A DNA stretch of 64,000 bases, taken from Polyangiaceae bacterium. Its GTDB lineage: Bacteria > Myxococcota_A > Polyangia > Polyangiales > Polyangiaceae. The translations under genes and the position numbers were made by a program. Location of the stretch: positions 48,949 through 112,948 of the forward strand of contig JBNKBE010000020.1 of NCBI GenBank assembly GCA_050287085.1, read 5' to 3'. Shown here piece by piece: positions 40,046-49,612 of this stretch; position 1 is the stretch's first letter, and every line of letters begins with the position of its first letter. The notes under the pieces were generated by a model. The model made no database searches. It was not told the origin of the DNA and was given only the letters and a program-made list of their open reading frames with translations.

Positions 40046-41188
40046 GTGTCAAAAGCCGCCCTGCAAAACCGGATCGTAGCGCTGGACGGAGTGCGTGGGG
40101 TCGCAATCCTGATGGTGATGGCGCTGCACTTCTTGTGCAGCATGTCGCGCGGGGGAGACGCGCTGGATCGAATCCTCGGGAAGCTGGCGTCTTATGGCGT
40201 CTATGGCGTTGACCTCTTCTTCGTGCTGTCCGGATTCCTGATTACCGGGATTCTGGCGGACACGAAGGGTCGCCCCAACTACTTCAAGTCGTTCGTTCTT
40301 CGAAGAACGTTGCGCATCTTCCCATTGTACTACGGCGTCGTGGCCCTCGTGGTTGTCGCGCCACATATTGGGGTCACCGACGCCGTGGCCCCCCATCTCG
40401 CCGAGGTTGGGGCCGTGCAAGGCTGGCTGTGGTCGTACCTGACCAATTTCTACCTCGCGACAACAAACTCCTTCAGTATTCCCTACGTATCCCACTTCTG
40501 GTCGCTGGCCATTGAGGAGCAATTCTACCTGGGTTGGCCGCTCCTCATCGCCCTGCTCTCGCGACGGGCTGCGATGAATACCTGTCTGGTGTTGTGTCTG
40601 CTTGCGCTTGGCGCCCGACTCGGCATCGTCTGGGGCACAACCAACCCACCGCTTGCGCACGTCGTCCTGACCCCCTGCCGCCTCGACACCTTGTGCGCTG
40701 GCGCATGGTTTGCACTGCTGCTGCGAAGTGATCGCGGGATATCTCAAGCCGCCCGAGCCAGTCGGCTTGCCTTCTTTGGTGGAGGGGTTCTAGTCGTCGG
40801 CCTATCCGCAGCTCATCTGCTGCTAAGGGGTAGTCCCATAGCTCAGAGTTTCCGCGGACTAGCGCTCTCCGTCTTCTTCGCTGGGTTCATCTGCTACATC
40901 GCCATCTCGGACTCAGGCAATCCACTGCGCCGGTCGATGGAGCTCGGGTGGCTCGGGTGGCTCGGCAAGTACAGCTACGGACTCTACGTATTCCACGGCA
41001 TAGTAGCCTTCCTGATGGAAGAGCTCGATACACTCAGGGAGGTCGTTGCTATCGTAGGCGCCCCAGGGCTCGGACTGGTCGCGCATGCTCTGCTCGGCAC
41101 GGCACTGTCCGTCGGCATTGCGGTTGTCAGCTATGAGGTCTACGAGAAACCCTTCCTGCGCCTGAAGTCGCTCTTTCGTGCGGGGTAA
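40046..41188 (+). CDS. Acyltransferase family 3 (OafA-like O-acyltransferase)
   Basis: LDGVRGVAILMV..H, GVDLFFVLSGFLIT, RR.LRIFPLYY, HFWSLAIEEQFY, GKYSYGLYVFH, SY..YEKP. Start approximate. Confidence 0.9.
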   Translation: MSKAALQNRIVALDGVRGVAILMVMALHFLCSMSRGGDALDRILGKLASYGVYGVDLFFVLSGFLITGILADTKGRPNYFKSFVLRRTLRIFPLYYGVVALVVVAPHIGVTDAVAPHLAEVGAVQGWLWSYLTNFYLATTNSFSIPYVSHFWSLAIEEQFYLGWPLLIALLSRRAAMNTCLVLCLLALGARLGIVWGTTNPPLAHVVLTPCRLDTLCAGAWFALLLRSDRGISQAARASRLAFFGGGVLVVGLSAAHLLLRGSPIAQSFRGLALSVFFAGFICYIAISDSGNPLRRSMELGWLGWLGKYSYGLYVFHGIVAFLMEELDTLREVVAIVGAPGLGLVAHALLGTALSVGIAVVSYEVYEKPFLRLKSLFRAG

Positions 41189-41249
41189 CGCCAGACCTGC
41201 TAGCTCGGCCGGCTATGGCGCCACTTCGAACGACATCGAGGGTCCCGCA

Positions 41250-42167
41250 ATGATGAAGAACCGCCATACGCACTTCCCCGGCCGCCGACTGTCGCTTCTG
41301 CTCATATGCGCTATTCAGGGCACCACTCTCAGCAGCGCGGTGGCCGCTGAGAGTGACCGTGACGAGCCCTACCCGGCCATGTTGCCCGCTGCGCCAGCGG
41401 GTAGTGCCCATCCCGCCGCAGCCAGAGCCCTCGCCGATCTCGGGGTTTTCAGTATTGCTGCCGCTGGTCTGTGGGGAGCTGCCCTCACCATGGAAAGCGA
41501 TCGCAGTGGCAAGGGCAACACGCCCCATGCCCTCGATCTGACTGCGGCACGCTGGAGTAATCTGACGGCCGTGGGGGGTCCCGGACTGCTCGGCGCCACG
41601 GCTCTGCTATTGGACGGCTCTCGTCTCAACTGGAAAGCGGAATCTTGGAACTCCGTGGTCGTTGCGGCGGAAAGCATCGAGCTGGCTATGGGCCTCAATC
41701 AGATACTCAAGCGCACAGCGGGTCGCTGTCGTCCGGTAGCTTGGCGCCGCGATGCAAACGGGAATCGTCACTGTGACCCAGACGCCGTCCCATCCGCGCT
41801 CGATCCCGATCCAGACGCCGCCTATCTGTCGTGGCCCTCCGGTCACGTTACCGGTATTGCAGCTGCCACCGGCGCCTACCTGGGCCTAAGCGCAAAAGCG
41901 AGCTACTACGGAACCCCGGTGTGGCAGTACTGGCTCGCCTCGGGCATTGGGGGAGTGCTGACCCTGACGACAATGTGGCTTAGGGTACGTGCGGGAGCCC
42001 ACTCTTGGGACGATACGCTGGGGGCTGCGTCGATCGGCATATCTCTGGGGGCTGCTGTGGCGCTCATACACCCCCTCGCCGGTGGCCCCGCGCGCGAAAC
42101 GAGCGAGCCCGCGAGCTTGCGACTCGATGCGGCGCAGAACGGCATCACAGTGAGTGGTTCTTTCTGA
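41250..42167 (+). CDS. PAP2-family phosphatase
   Basis: K......RP, SWPSGH, RVRAGAH..D. Has a signal peptide and a C-terminal ITVSGSF. Confidence 0.85.
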   Translation: MMKNRHTHFPGRRLSLLLICAIQGTTLSSAVAAESDRDEPYPAMLPAAPAGSAHPAAARALADLGVFSIAAAGLWGAALTMESDRSGKGNTPHALDLTAARWSNLTAVGGPGLLGATALLLDGSRLNWKAESWNSVVVAAESIELAMGLNQILKRTAGRCRPVAWRRDANGNRHCDPDAVPSALDPDPDAAYLSWPSGHVTGIAAATGAYLGLSAKASYYGTPVWQYWLASGIGGVLTLTTMWLRVRAGAHSWDDTLGAASIGISLGAAVALIHPLAGGPARETSEPASLRLDAAQNGITVSGSF

Positions 42168-42233
42168 ATACGGATCCTTCATGGCTAGGATCTGAGTACA
42201 CGCCGCGGCGCGAGGCTGGCCAAGGGCCCCCGC

Positions 42234-42276
42234 ATGGGTAAGTCGGTCGCGAGCCGGTCGAGACCGCCTTACCCAT
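42234..42276. terminator. Intergenic hairpin
   Basis: ATGGGTAAG-t-CGGTC...GACCG-c-CTTACCCAT. Confidence 0.4.
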
Positions 42277-42337
42277 CAACGCTTCGCCCACAGGCTGGGG
42301 CCTTGTGTCCCCGACTGCGGCGCCCTAAGCTGAAGTC

Positions 42338-43093
42338 ATGATGCTTGACTGGGGTGACGGCGAATATGAAGTCACGGCAGCCCGATTGGAGCCCGTCGCT
42401 GAACAACTGGTCCTGCAGGCAGACATCGGACCTAGTAGCCGCGTGTTGGACGCAGGTTGCGGCACAGGCAACGTCGCACTTGCCGCAGCGCGCCGCGGAG
42501 CTCGGGTCGATGCGTTCGATCCGTCCCAGCGCCTGCTAGCGGAGGCCGCGAGACGCTGCACTGCCGAAGCGCTGGACTGCAGCTTCAGCGTCGGCAGCGT
42601 GGAAAGCATCGCTCAGCCTGACGAGACGTACGATCGTGTGCTGGCCGTCTTCTCCGTCATCTTCGCGGAAAACCCCCCAGTCGCGATAAAAGAACTACTC
42701 CGCGTAGCTAAGCACGGCGCTCGCATATTGATCACAAGCTGGCCCCCCGAGGGCGCTATTGAAGACCTGGTACAGCTGGCACTTCCTCCGGAAGCCAGGG
42801 GCGTCGTTTCTCCGTGGGCCACACGGGAGGGCATTGAGGGTCTGCTTTCCGATACCGGCGCAGACCTGCATCTAACACAGCACACGCTAACGCAAGAAGC
42901 CGCCTCCGCGGAAGAGTACTTTGCGGAGCTGGAGCGCACGCATCCCGCCTGGAGACGCATGCGACAGCTTCGTGCAGCGGAGTGGGACACAATTCACACG
43001 CAGTCGTGCGCCATTCTGGAGGCCGCCAATGAGCAGCCCGGTGGCCTTCGCATCAGCAGCCGCTACTGGCTTATCGATATTACACGACACTGA
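42338..43093 (+). CDS. Class I SAM-dependent methyltransferase
   Basis: VLDAGCGTGNVA, D.S..LL, YDRV, ELLRV.K.G. Confidence 0.9.
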   Translation: MMLDWGDGEYEVTAARLEPVAEQLVLQADIGPSSRVLDAGCGTGNVALAAARRGARVDAFDPSQRLLAEAARRCTAEALDCSFSVGSVESIAQPDETYDRVLAVFSVIFAENPPVAIKELLRVAKHGARILITSWPPEGAIEDLVQLALPPEARGVVSPWATREGIEGLLSDTGADLHLTQHTLTQEAASAEEYFAELERTHPAWRRMRQLRAAEWDTIHTQSCAILEAANEQPGGLRISSRYWLIDITRH

Positions 43094-43207
43094 CTGGGCG
43101 CTGGAGTTGACCGTCCGTCATTACGTCGGAGCAATCGAGCCCCCTTTGGCATGGCGCTTGGACGCGAAGCCAAAGCTCTTCCTTCGCTGTCGGCCTTTCG
43201 CGGCCAA

Positions 43208-44479
43208 CTAGGCAGCCACTCTTCGGCCATCCCAATAGCGCTTGAGCAACGTGTCGACACCAAATGCCGCCAACGTAGCGAGCAGCGGAATGATCGGAAC
43301 CGAATAGCGGCCGAGGGGGATGAGAGCGGCGACGAAAACGTTCATCAACAGAATCGGGGCTAGCACCAACCCGAATGGCCGCTTCTCTTCTCGCGCTCGG
43401 CGAAATCCAAATGCGGCCAACGTCCACGCCCCAACCGCCAATACAGCCGGTACGAGGGAGTTGATGAAGGACGTCATCTCGTACCAGAAGGTGAATAGAC
43501 CAACGACGAACTTGCGTACGGTGTCTAGCGGATGGGCTTTGATATACGCCATCATGTACCGCTTGTTATTCTGGTCGTCTACGATCTCGTCTTCTTCCCA
43601 AGTCGTGCCGGCCTCTTTTGCGATTCTACGGAAGAGCGCGTTCGATTCGTTTTCCGCGTCTGTATATGGAGGCTTCTGCAGCGTAGCAAACTCCAGGCGC
43701 GTGAAGATGTAGCCGCGAAGAAACGCGTCGGGAGTTCCCGGTGTGAAGGGAACGAAATGACCACCCGTCACCTGGTAGTTGCGGTATGCCCACGGCGTTA
43801 GGGTCAAACCCGCCGCCACACCCACCGCGAGAACCGCGACCAATTGCTGCATCCGTCGAGGCTCACGGCGTACTTCTTGCCACAGCCAGAAGGCGCAATA
43901 GCCGGCCAGAACGGGCAGCACCACGCCCTTGGTTAGTGCCCCCAACATCCCCACCACACCCAGCAAGATCCCGTTCGAAAACGTGCGCTCGAAGTGAAAG
44001 CGCACCGCGCAAACCACCGTGGCCATGGTCATGAACACGAGCATGGTCTCGTTGTGGAAGTCACCCACGTAGCGAATCACCATCGGATGCAACGTGGTAG
44101 CGAGGCCTGCAAGCAACGCAGTGCGCCGACCAAAGATGCGTTCCGCGACGTAGAACACCATGGCGCAACTTCCAACGTGGAACAGAACGTGGAATACCTG
44201 AATAATCGTCTCATTCCCCCCCAATTCGAAGATGAGCCACATCAGGTGCGGATACAGCATCGCTCCACGACGGGTGAGTTCCTGCATCCCATGTTCGGCG
44301 TATTCGACGGCGATCGCCTTGTACATGTAGGGGTCGCCCGGGTTGTGCACCATGCCGATCTTGAGCCCAACGAACACGAGGACGAGGGCCACGACGAACG
44401 CAACTCCCACGACAATCCAAAACTCCCTCGAGAACTCAAATCTATATGGCTGCGACTCAGCGTATGTCATGTGCACCAC
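43208..44479 (-). CDS. ArnT/PMT-like GT-C integral membrane glycosyltransferase
   Basis: D...Y...A in the first loop, YP, G...ALLAG.....HP, E, LTK, PW..RN..V.G, and RY..P. About 10 TM helices. Confidence 0.8.
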   Translation of the reverse strand: MVHMTYAESQPYRFEFSREFWIVVGVAFVVALVLVFVGLKIGMVHNPGDPYMYKAIAVEYAEHGMQELTRRGAMLYPHLMWLIFELGGNETIIQVFHVLFHVGSCAMVFYVAERIFGRRTALLAGLATTLHPMVIRYVGDFHNETMLVFMTMATVVCAVRFHFERTFSNGILLGVVGMLGALTKGVVLPVLAGYCAFWLWQEVRREPRRMQQLVAVLAVGVAAGLTLTPWAYRNYQVTGGHFVPFTPGTPDAFLRGYIFTRLEFATLQKPPYTDAENESNALFRRIAKEAGTTWEEDEIVDDQNNKRYMMAYIKAHPLDTVRKFVVGLFTFWYEMTSFINSLVPAVLAVGAWTLAAFGFRRAREEKRPFGLVLAPILLMNVFVAALIPLGRYSVPIIPLLATLAAFGVDTLLKRYWDGRRVAA

Positions 44480-44776
44480 GGCGTGTCTTTGGTGAAGAAT
44501 GCGTTGGCGACGATACTTCGTTCCCTAAGCTGAGTCGACCCGCAATCGGTCCCGGGCAGCGGCAACGAAAGACGACGCTCTTCCCAGATTGGAGCTGGAC
44601 CGCACTTGAACATCAAGCTGCCTCAGCCCGCGCATGAAGACACGCCGGGCCCAAGCTCCCACGATACACGGCGAAAACACGTCGACCCGGCGTCCGGGCA
44701 TGACGCAGACATTCAAGCGACGTTTGACGCGCCGAGCGTCTAGTGCGAAAGGGAAACAAACCCGTTTCCGCGCTCA

Positions 44777-46264
44777 ATGCCCGCCGAGACCGCGCTCGCT
44801 CACTTCGTCGCCACGGCCCTGGCCGAACGGCTCCCGCTCTGCATCTCATTGGAGGGCGGCTTGATGTTTAGCGACGCGGTATGGGAAGCGTGGTTGCTGC
44901 AGCTGCGAGACAGTCCATGGCTGCTGCCCCGCGCAACAGCGTGGCTGGCGCGCGGCCGCGCTGCAACCGAACAGCAACTGGCGAGCCGCGGCGCCTTCAA
45001 AGGCGGCAGGTTGCCCCTGCGGGCTGACGTCTGTGAAGCGCTGGCACGCTTCAGGGCGCAGGGTGGTCAGGTATGCCTGCTCGCCGAGAGCGACAGCCCG
45101 GTTACGTCCAGCGTCGTTCAGCACCTGGGCCTCGACGACAGTCAGCAACTGTTCGGCCACGCACGAGCTCAATGGGCCGAAGAGCTGCGCCGGCGCTTTC
45201 CAAACGGGTACGCAGCCCTCGGCGTCGCCCACGAAGAATCGGTCTACCCCAACGCGAAACGACTTTGCATCGTGGGAACCCGGCGCATGCAAGACCCAAC
45301 AGCAGAAGACAACGACGCGCAGCGCGTCCTTCGACTGCCCGGCGGACGCTCACTGGGTGGCGCGCTGCTCAAGGAGTTGCGCCCGCATCAATGGGCCAAG
45401 AACGGCCTGCTGCTCGTCCCGGTATTTCTCGCCCCGGGCGTGCCACCGCTCGGTCGCATCGGCACGGCCCTGCTCGCCGCGACCACGTTTTCGTTGTGTG
45501 CCTCGGCAGGCTACGTCCTCAACGATCTGCTCGACCTCGAGGCGGATCGCGGGCACCGGACAAAGCGCTATCGCCCCTTCGCGTCGGGTGACTTGCCAAT
45601 CGCATTCGGCCCTCCCCTCCTATTCGCTTTGCTCGCGGCTGGCTTCGGCCTGGCCTGGATGGCTCTACCCGCGCCGTTTCTAGCCCTGCTCGGCCTCTAC
45701 TTCATCGGTACGCTCGGCTATTCCCTCTGGCTCAAGAAGTTGCAGCTAATCGATGTGTTGGTGCTTGCAGGCCTATATGCGCATCGCATTCTTGCAGGCG
45801 GCGTGGCCACCACCACCCCGGTCAGCACTTGGTTGCTGGGCTTTTCGATGTTCCTGTTTACGAGTCTGGCATTCGCCAAGCGCTACGTCGAACTGGACGC
45901 CATGGTGGCGGATACCCGAGTCAAGAATCGTGGCTACTACAAGAGCGACATGCGGGTCGTGCTCGCCATGGGCACCTCGAGCGGCAATATCGCGGCCCTA
46001 GTGCTGGTCCTGTACGCCGATAGCAAAGCCGTACGCATCAACTACCATGAACCTGCGCTGCTCTGGTTGCTGCTACCCGTTCTGCTTTATTGGCTGGGTC
46101 GTCTGTGGTTGCTAACGGGTCGCGGAGAGCTGCAGGACGACCCCGTGAAGTTCGCGCTGAAAGACGGGCCGAGCCTGCTGTGCGGTGTCGTAGCCCTGCT
46201 GCTGCTCTTTCTGGCGCGCTTTCCGCCCAGCTACCTGACCGCATTTCTTTCGACGCTAACGTAG
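44777..46264 (+). CDS. UbiA-family polyprenyl-phosphate phosphoribosyltransferase with degenerate N-terminal HAD-like domain
   Basis: LRPHQWAKN, Y.LNDLLD.EADR.H..K..RP.ASG, YS..LK, AFAKRY.E, RGY, DDPV.FA.KD. Confidence 0.85.
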   Translation: MPAETALAHFVATALAERLPLCISLEGGLMFSDAVWEAWLLQLRDSPWLLPRATAWLARGRAATEQQLASRGAFKGGRLPLRADVCEALARFRAQGGQVCLLAESDSPVTSSVVQHLGLDDSQQLFGHARAQWAEELRRRFPNGYAALGVAHEESVYPNAKRLCIVGTRRMQDPTAEDNDAQRVLRLPGGRSLGGALLKELRPHQWAKNGLLLVPVFLAPGVPPLGRIGTALLAATTFSLCASAGYVLNDLLDLEADRGHRTKRYRPFASGDLPIAFGPPLLFALLAAGFGLAWMALPAPFLALLGLYFIGTLGYSLWLKKLQLIDVLVLAGLYAHRILAGGVATTTPVSTWLLGFSMFLFTSLAFAKRYVELDAMVADTRVKNRGYYKSDMRVVLAMGTSSGNIAALVLVLYADSKAVRINYHEPALLWLLLPVLLYWLGRLWLLTGRGELQDDPVKFALKDGPSLLCGVVALLLLFLARFPPSYLTAFLSTLT

Positions 46265-46269
46265 GGGCT

Positions 46270-47196
46270 TCAGCGTTGTGGCGCAGCGCCCGCAAGGCGC
46301 GATGCAAGGAGCTCCGCAAGAGCACGTCCCACGACGCGCGTACCCTCGGGACTCAGATGCAGTTGATCTGCAAACGGAGACTTGCCTTCTTCGGTCGCGC
46401 GGGCCAGGACCGCGCGCAGCTGAAATACCGGAACATGCAGAGACTGGAAGTGCCTTCGCAGCTCAGCCCCGTCGGGCTCTTGCTCGTCGCGCAATTCCTC
46501 GACGCTGTAGTGTTGGGCAACTACCAGAGGGATGCCACTCCGCTCAAGGTGAGCAACAAGCGCCTCGATCGCGGCGAGCGTTTGTTGGCGAGCGTCCCCG
46601 GGAGGCGGGGCAACTCGAGCCGTCTTGCGTCGCAGCAGATTCCACAAGTCCTGGAGCGCAAGTGCAAACGGTTCCTGAGGCAAGAGCGCTGAGGCAGCCG
46701 GGTTGGGAACGTCCCTGAGGTCGTGGCTCGACAAGATCCAAGCGACAATATCGGCGTCAAACGTTCCAACTTTTTGCAAGAATGCCCATTGATTGACCGG
46801 ACCCCAGCTACTCGTAGCCGCGTTGAGCACCTCGACCTGCTCAGCTCCATACCGCTTGCTCAGGCTCTCGGCCAGCGACGTAGAGATCAGCTCGTTTTGG
46901 TCTGTGCGGAAAGTCCCGTGAACAATACTGTCGCCCAGCAAGAGCACACGAAGCGGGGGCTTGGAACTCCGCACGTCATCACCGCGCATGTAGTGCTGAT
47001 TGATTCGAATCGTGCGATGAAAGCGCCGATACTCACCGGGACGGGTGAAGTACTCAATCGCCGGATCCAGGATCATGAGCGGAGGATCGCCAAACCCCCA
47101 AAGCCTGAGACCTATTTCGCCTAGGCACAGCACCCCAGCGATGCCAAGGCTCCAACGCCGCCAGCGCGACCCTGCTGCACCCAAGACCCAACCCAT
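46270..47196 (-). CDS. SGNH/GDSL hydrolase-like membrane-anchored protein
   Basis: EI.LR anchor, IN...RG, LLGDSIV.G, EVLNA..SWG, and D.LHLS..G. Confidence 0.8.
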   Translation of the reverse strand: MGWVLGAAGSRWRRWSLGIAGVLCLGEIGLRLWGFGDPPLMILDPAIEYFTRPGEYRRFHRTIRINQHYMRGDDVRSSKPPLRVLLLGDSIVHGTFRTDQNELISTSLAESLSKRYGAEQVEVLNAATSSWGPVNQWAFLQKVGTFDADIVAWILSSHDLRDVPNPAASALLPQEPFALALQDLWNLLRRKTARVAPPPGDARQQTLAAIEALVAHLERSGIPLVVAQHYSVEELRDEQEPDGAELRRHFQSLHVPVFQLRAVLARATEEGKSPFADQLHLSPEGTRVVGRALAELLASRLAGAAPQR

Positions 47197-47201
47197 CGAG
47201 C

Positions 47202-48260
47202 TCAGCGAAACCGCCGCCGCAAGCGCGCCACTGGCTTTTCCATGAATTGATAGCTCAATTCCGAAAGCGCGAGACTCGCGAGAAACGCCAACACGGCAAG
47301 AGGCGGAGCGCCCCAGCCGGGGAGCGCCTCATGAACCACATGGATCATGACGTGATGCACCAGATAGAACATGTAGCTGAGGACCCCGAGATGACGGATA
47401 GGTCCCCAATCCAGCCAGCGAAATAGCGGCCACCGACTGTCAGCTACTGCCACATAGAAAACCGGCAGGAGCGCTACGCCTTGCAGCGAGTAGCGATAGG
47501 TCTCACGAAACGCCGGATCCCGATACACGAAAGAAAACACCAGCGCCAAGAGCGAGCTTATGAGAAGCCCCAGTTTGACGGGTGTACCCACCTTGACTGG
47601 AGGATCCAGAACGGGATTGCAGGACATGGCGAGCAGGCAACCCCACAAGATGGAATCGACTCGGGTGTCCGTCCCAAGATAAGTGCGCGGTTCAGGCGCG
47701 CCGTGCCCAACGAGCCAGAGCCGCCACGCCAGTACGGCCGCGGCGAGACCGAAGATCACGAGGGCGCTCGTCGAACGACTGCCCTTGCGAAGGAGGTACC
47801 AAGCGACAAATGGATAGGTGAGGTAGAAGTGTTCTTCGACCGCCAATGACCAGTACACAGCTGTGCCCGGCGGGATGTCGCCCACTCCAAGGATCTGAGC
47901 GTAGTTGCCGGCGTGCAACGCGAGCCAGCTAACCCCCGTCCAGTCGATGCTGCCGGGAATGAGCCCGAGAAGAAGCAGGACTACCGAAAGGGTCAGAGCA
48001 CAGTAAAAGGGCGGAAAGATCCGAAGAAACCGCCGCATGTAGAAATGGCGAATACTGATCGCACCGGTCTTGGCGAACTCGCGCCGGAGCAAAGTGCTGA
48101 TTAGAAAGCCACTGAGAAAAAAGAAGACCGTGACCCCAAATCCGCCGGGAACGCGGTCAGCCCAGCCTGCATGGGCAATGTAGACGAGGATTATCGAGAC
48201 AGCCCGAACACCATCCAGTGAGGGAATGTGGAATGATTTTGGCGTCTCTTCGCGTTGCAT
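47202..48260 (-). CDS. Acyltransferase family 3
   Basis: IPSLDGVRAVSI, GVTVFFFLSGFLI, FYMRRFLRIFP, WSLAVEEHFY, TDTR.D, SY.FYL.H, SY..MEKP. Confidence 0.9.
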   Translation of the reverse strand: MQREETPKSFHIPSLDGVRAVSIILVYIAHAGWADRVPGGFGVTVFFFLSGFLISTLLRREFAKTGAISIRHFYMRRFLRIFPPFYCALTLSVVLLLLGLIPGSIDWTGVSWLALHAGNYAQILGVGDIPPGTAVYWSLAVEEHFYLTYPFVAWYLLRKGSRSTSALVIFGLAAAVLAWRLWLVGHGAPEPRTYLGTDTRVDSILWGCLLAMSCNPVLDPPVKVGTPVKLGLLISSLLALVFSFVYRDPAFRETYRYSLQGVALLPVFYVAVADSRWPLFRWLDWGPIRHLGVLSYMFYLVHHVMIHVVHEALPGWGAPPLAVLAFLASLALSELSYQFMEKPVARLRRRFR

Positions 48261-48584
48261 GAAAGTGCGGAAACCGCGGCACGGAGCAAGGGGCGCAGCG
48301 CGGCCGTGGGGGTTATACAGTGCCCGACGAGTAGCACGCGCACCGATCCACACCCGAACGAAGTCCAGCGCGGAACGGCCTACGCGCTGGCCTACCGGAT
48401 GAAAAACCGGCGACGTCGGCGACGAGCGCCCATCATCGCTTGATGGCTGTGCGAACGCGACTTGGCGTTCCCCCTAGCACCGAGGCGAACTAGCTCGTCG
48501 GGCTACACCTGACGACTGGCACGAAAGCTGCTTGCCACGCTTACGCCCGGCGCAGTCCGGCGCGGAGGAGCAACTCTCTCCGCC

Positions 48585-48866
48585 TCATGCGACTACGGTT
48601 TGAGTGCCGCGAGCAACACGAATAACCACCGGCAGCGGCTCCTTGTGGAAGATCCCCCCCACGGGCAAGCCCTGGCTGGACACGGTGACCTGCGTTATGG
48701 CCGCGTACGGAAAGTAGTGCGTGATCGCTGGCGTATCGGGCTCCTGGACCGCAATGTAGCGGCCTGTGACAGCCAGCAGCTTCGCCTTGACCAAGCGGTG
48801 CGGCGCACTCGGATCGAGATTGATTCCGATCTCACACTCCTGCCACCGAGCCAACAGCTCCTCCAT
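48585..48866 (-). CDS. Small hypothetical protein
   Basis: 93-aa ORF with ATG start and globular beta-rich composition. No family recognised. Confidence 0.45.
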   Translation of the reverse strand: MEELLARWQECEIGINLDPSAPHRLVKAKLLAVTGRYIAVQEPDTPAITHYFPYAAITQVTVSSQGLPVGGIFHKEPLPVVIRVARGTQTVVA

Positions 48867-49028
48867 GCGACAACTACTACCGCCCTAGCCGAGGAGCCGC
48901 AAGCGATCCACCCGAAGCAGCTCGTCACCAACAGGATGGGGCTATCGCCGTAGTACCCCGCACACGCTCGCGTACTGCCCGGCCCCCCGGACTACGGCTT
49001 GGAAAAAACGCGTCCCTCCGCGTGGCGC

Positions 49029-49055
49029 TGTCCCCCCTCGCCTTTCTCGATCGTC
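49029..49055 (+). promoter_or_regulatory. ECF41/ECF42-type promoter upstream of yciI
   Basis: TGTCCCC-N16-CGTC matches the TGTC(-35)/CGTC(-10) layout known for ECF sigma factors with C-terminal extensions. Confidence 0.6.
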
Positions 49056-49128
49056 CTTCCAGTATCCGCGGCAAGCGCGGTCTTACTGAGCGGCGTTCCA
49101 CACACCCGCTCTAGAAAAGGAATCGACG

Positions 49129-49473
49129 ATGAAAGAGTTCATGTTTCTGTACCGAGGTGGCGACCCCAACTGGGCCAAGGCCCCCAAAGAAGTTCGCGAA
49201 GCCGCCATGGCCCGATGGGGGAGTTGGATGGCGCAGTTGAGCGAGAAGGGCCAGCTCGTAACGGGCGGATCGCCATTGCGCTACGACGGCCAGGTCCTCA
49301 CCAAAGATGGCGTCATCACGGACGTGTCTGCAATCGAAATGAAAGAGCTGGTCTCCGGCTATTCGATTGTGAAGGCCAAAGACTACGCCGAGGCGACGGA
49401 ACTTGCGAAGTCCTGTCCAATCTTCGGTGTCGACGGAGCGCGGGTCGAGATCCGCGCCGTCGAAGCCATGTAG
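49129..49473 (+). CDS. YciI/DGPF-family protein
   Basis: AAAGGA RBS, MKEFMFLYRG, W..W...L...G, G.PL, KE.V.GY.IV.A....A...AK.CP, VEIR. Confidence 0.9.
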   Translation: MKEFMFLYRGGDPNWAKAPKEVREAAMARWGSWMAQLSEKGQLVTGGSPLRYDGQVLTKDGVITDVSAIEMKELVSGYSIVKAKDYAEATELAKSCPIFGVDGARVEIRAVEAM

Positions 49474-49612
49474 CAGCTCGCCGAGCAGAGGACTGCGGGC
49501 CCTGCAACGGGCCCTCAGCGTTCCGGGTGCGCGGCTGGCCCGCGTGGTCGCGAGGCAGCGCTCGCGTCGACTGCAACAGTGGCCTCCGACGCCGGCAGCC
49601 AGAGAGGGCCGT

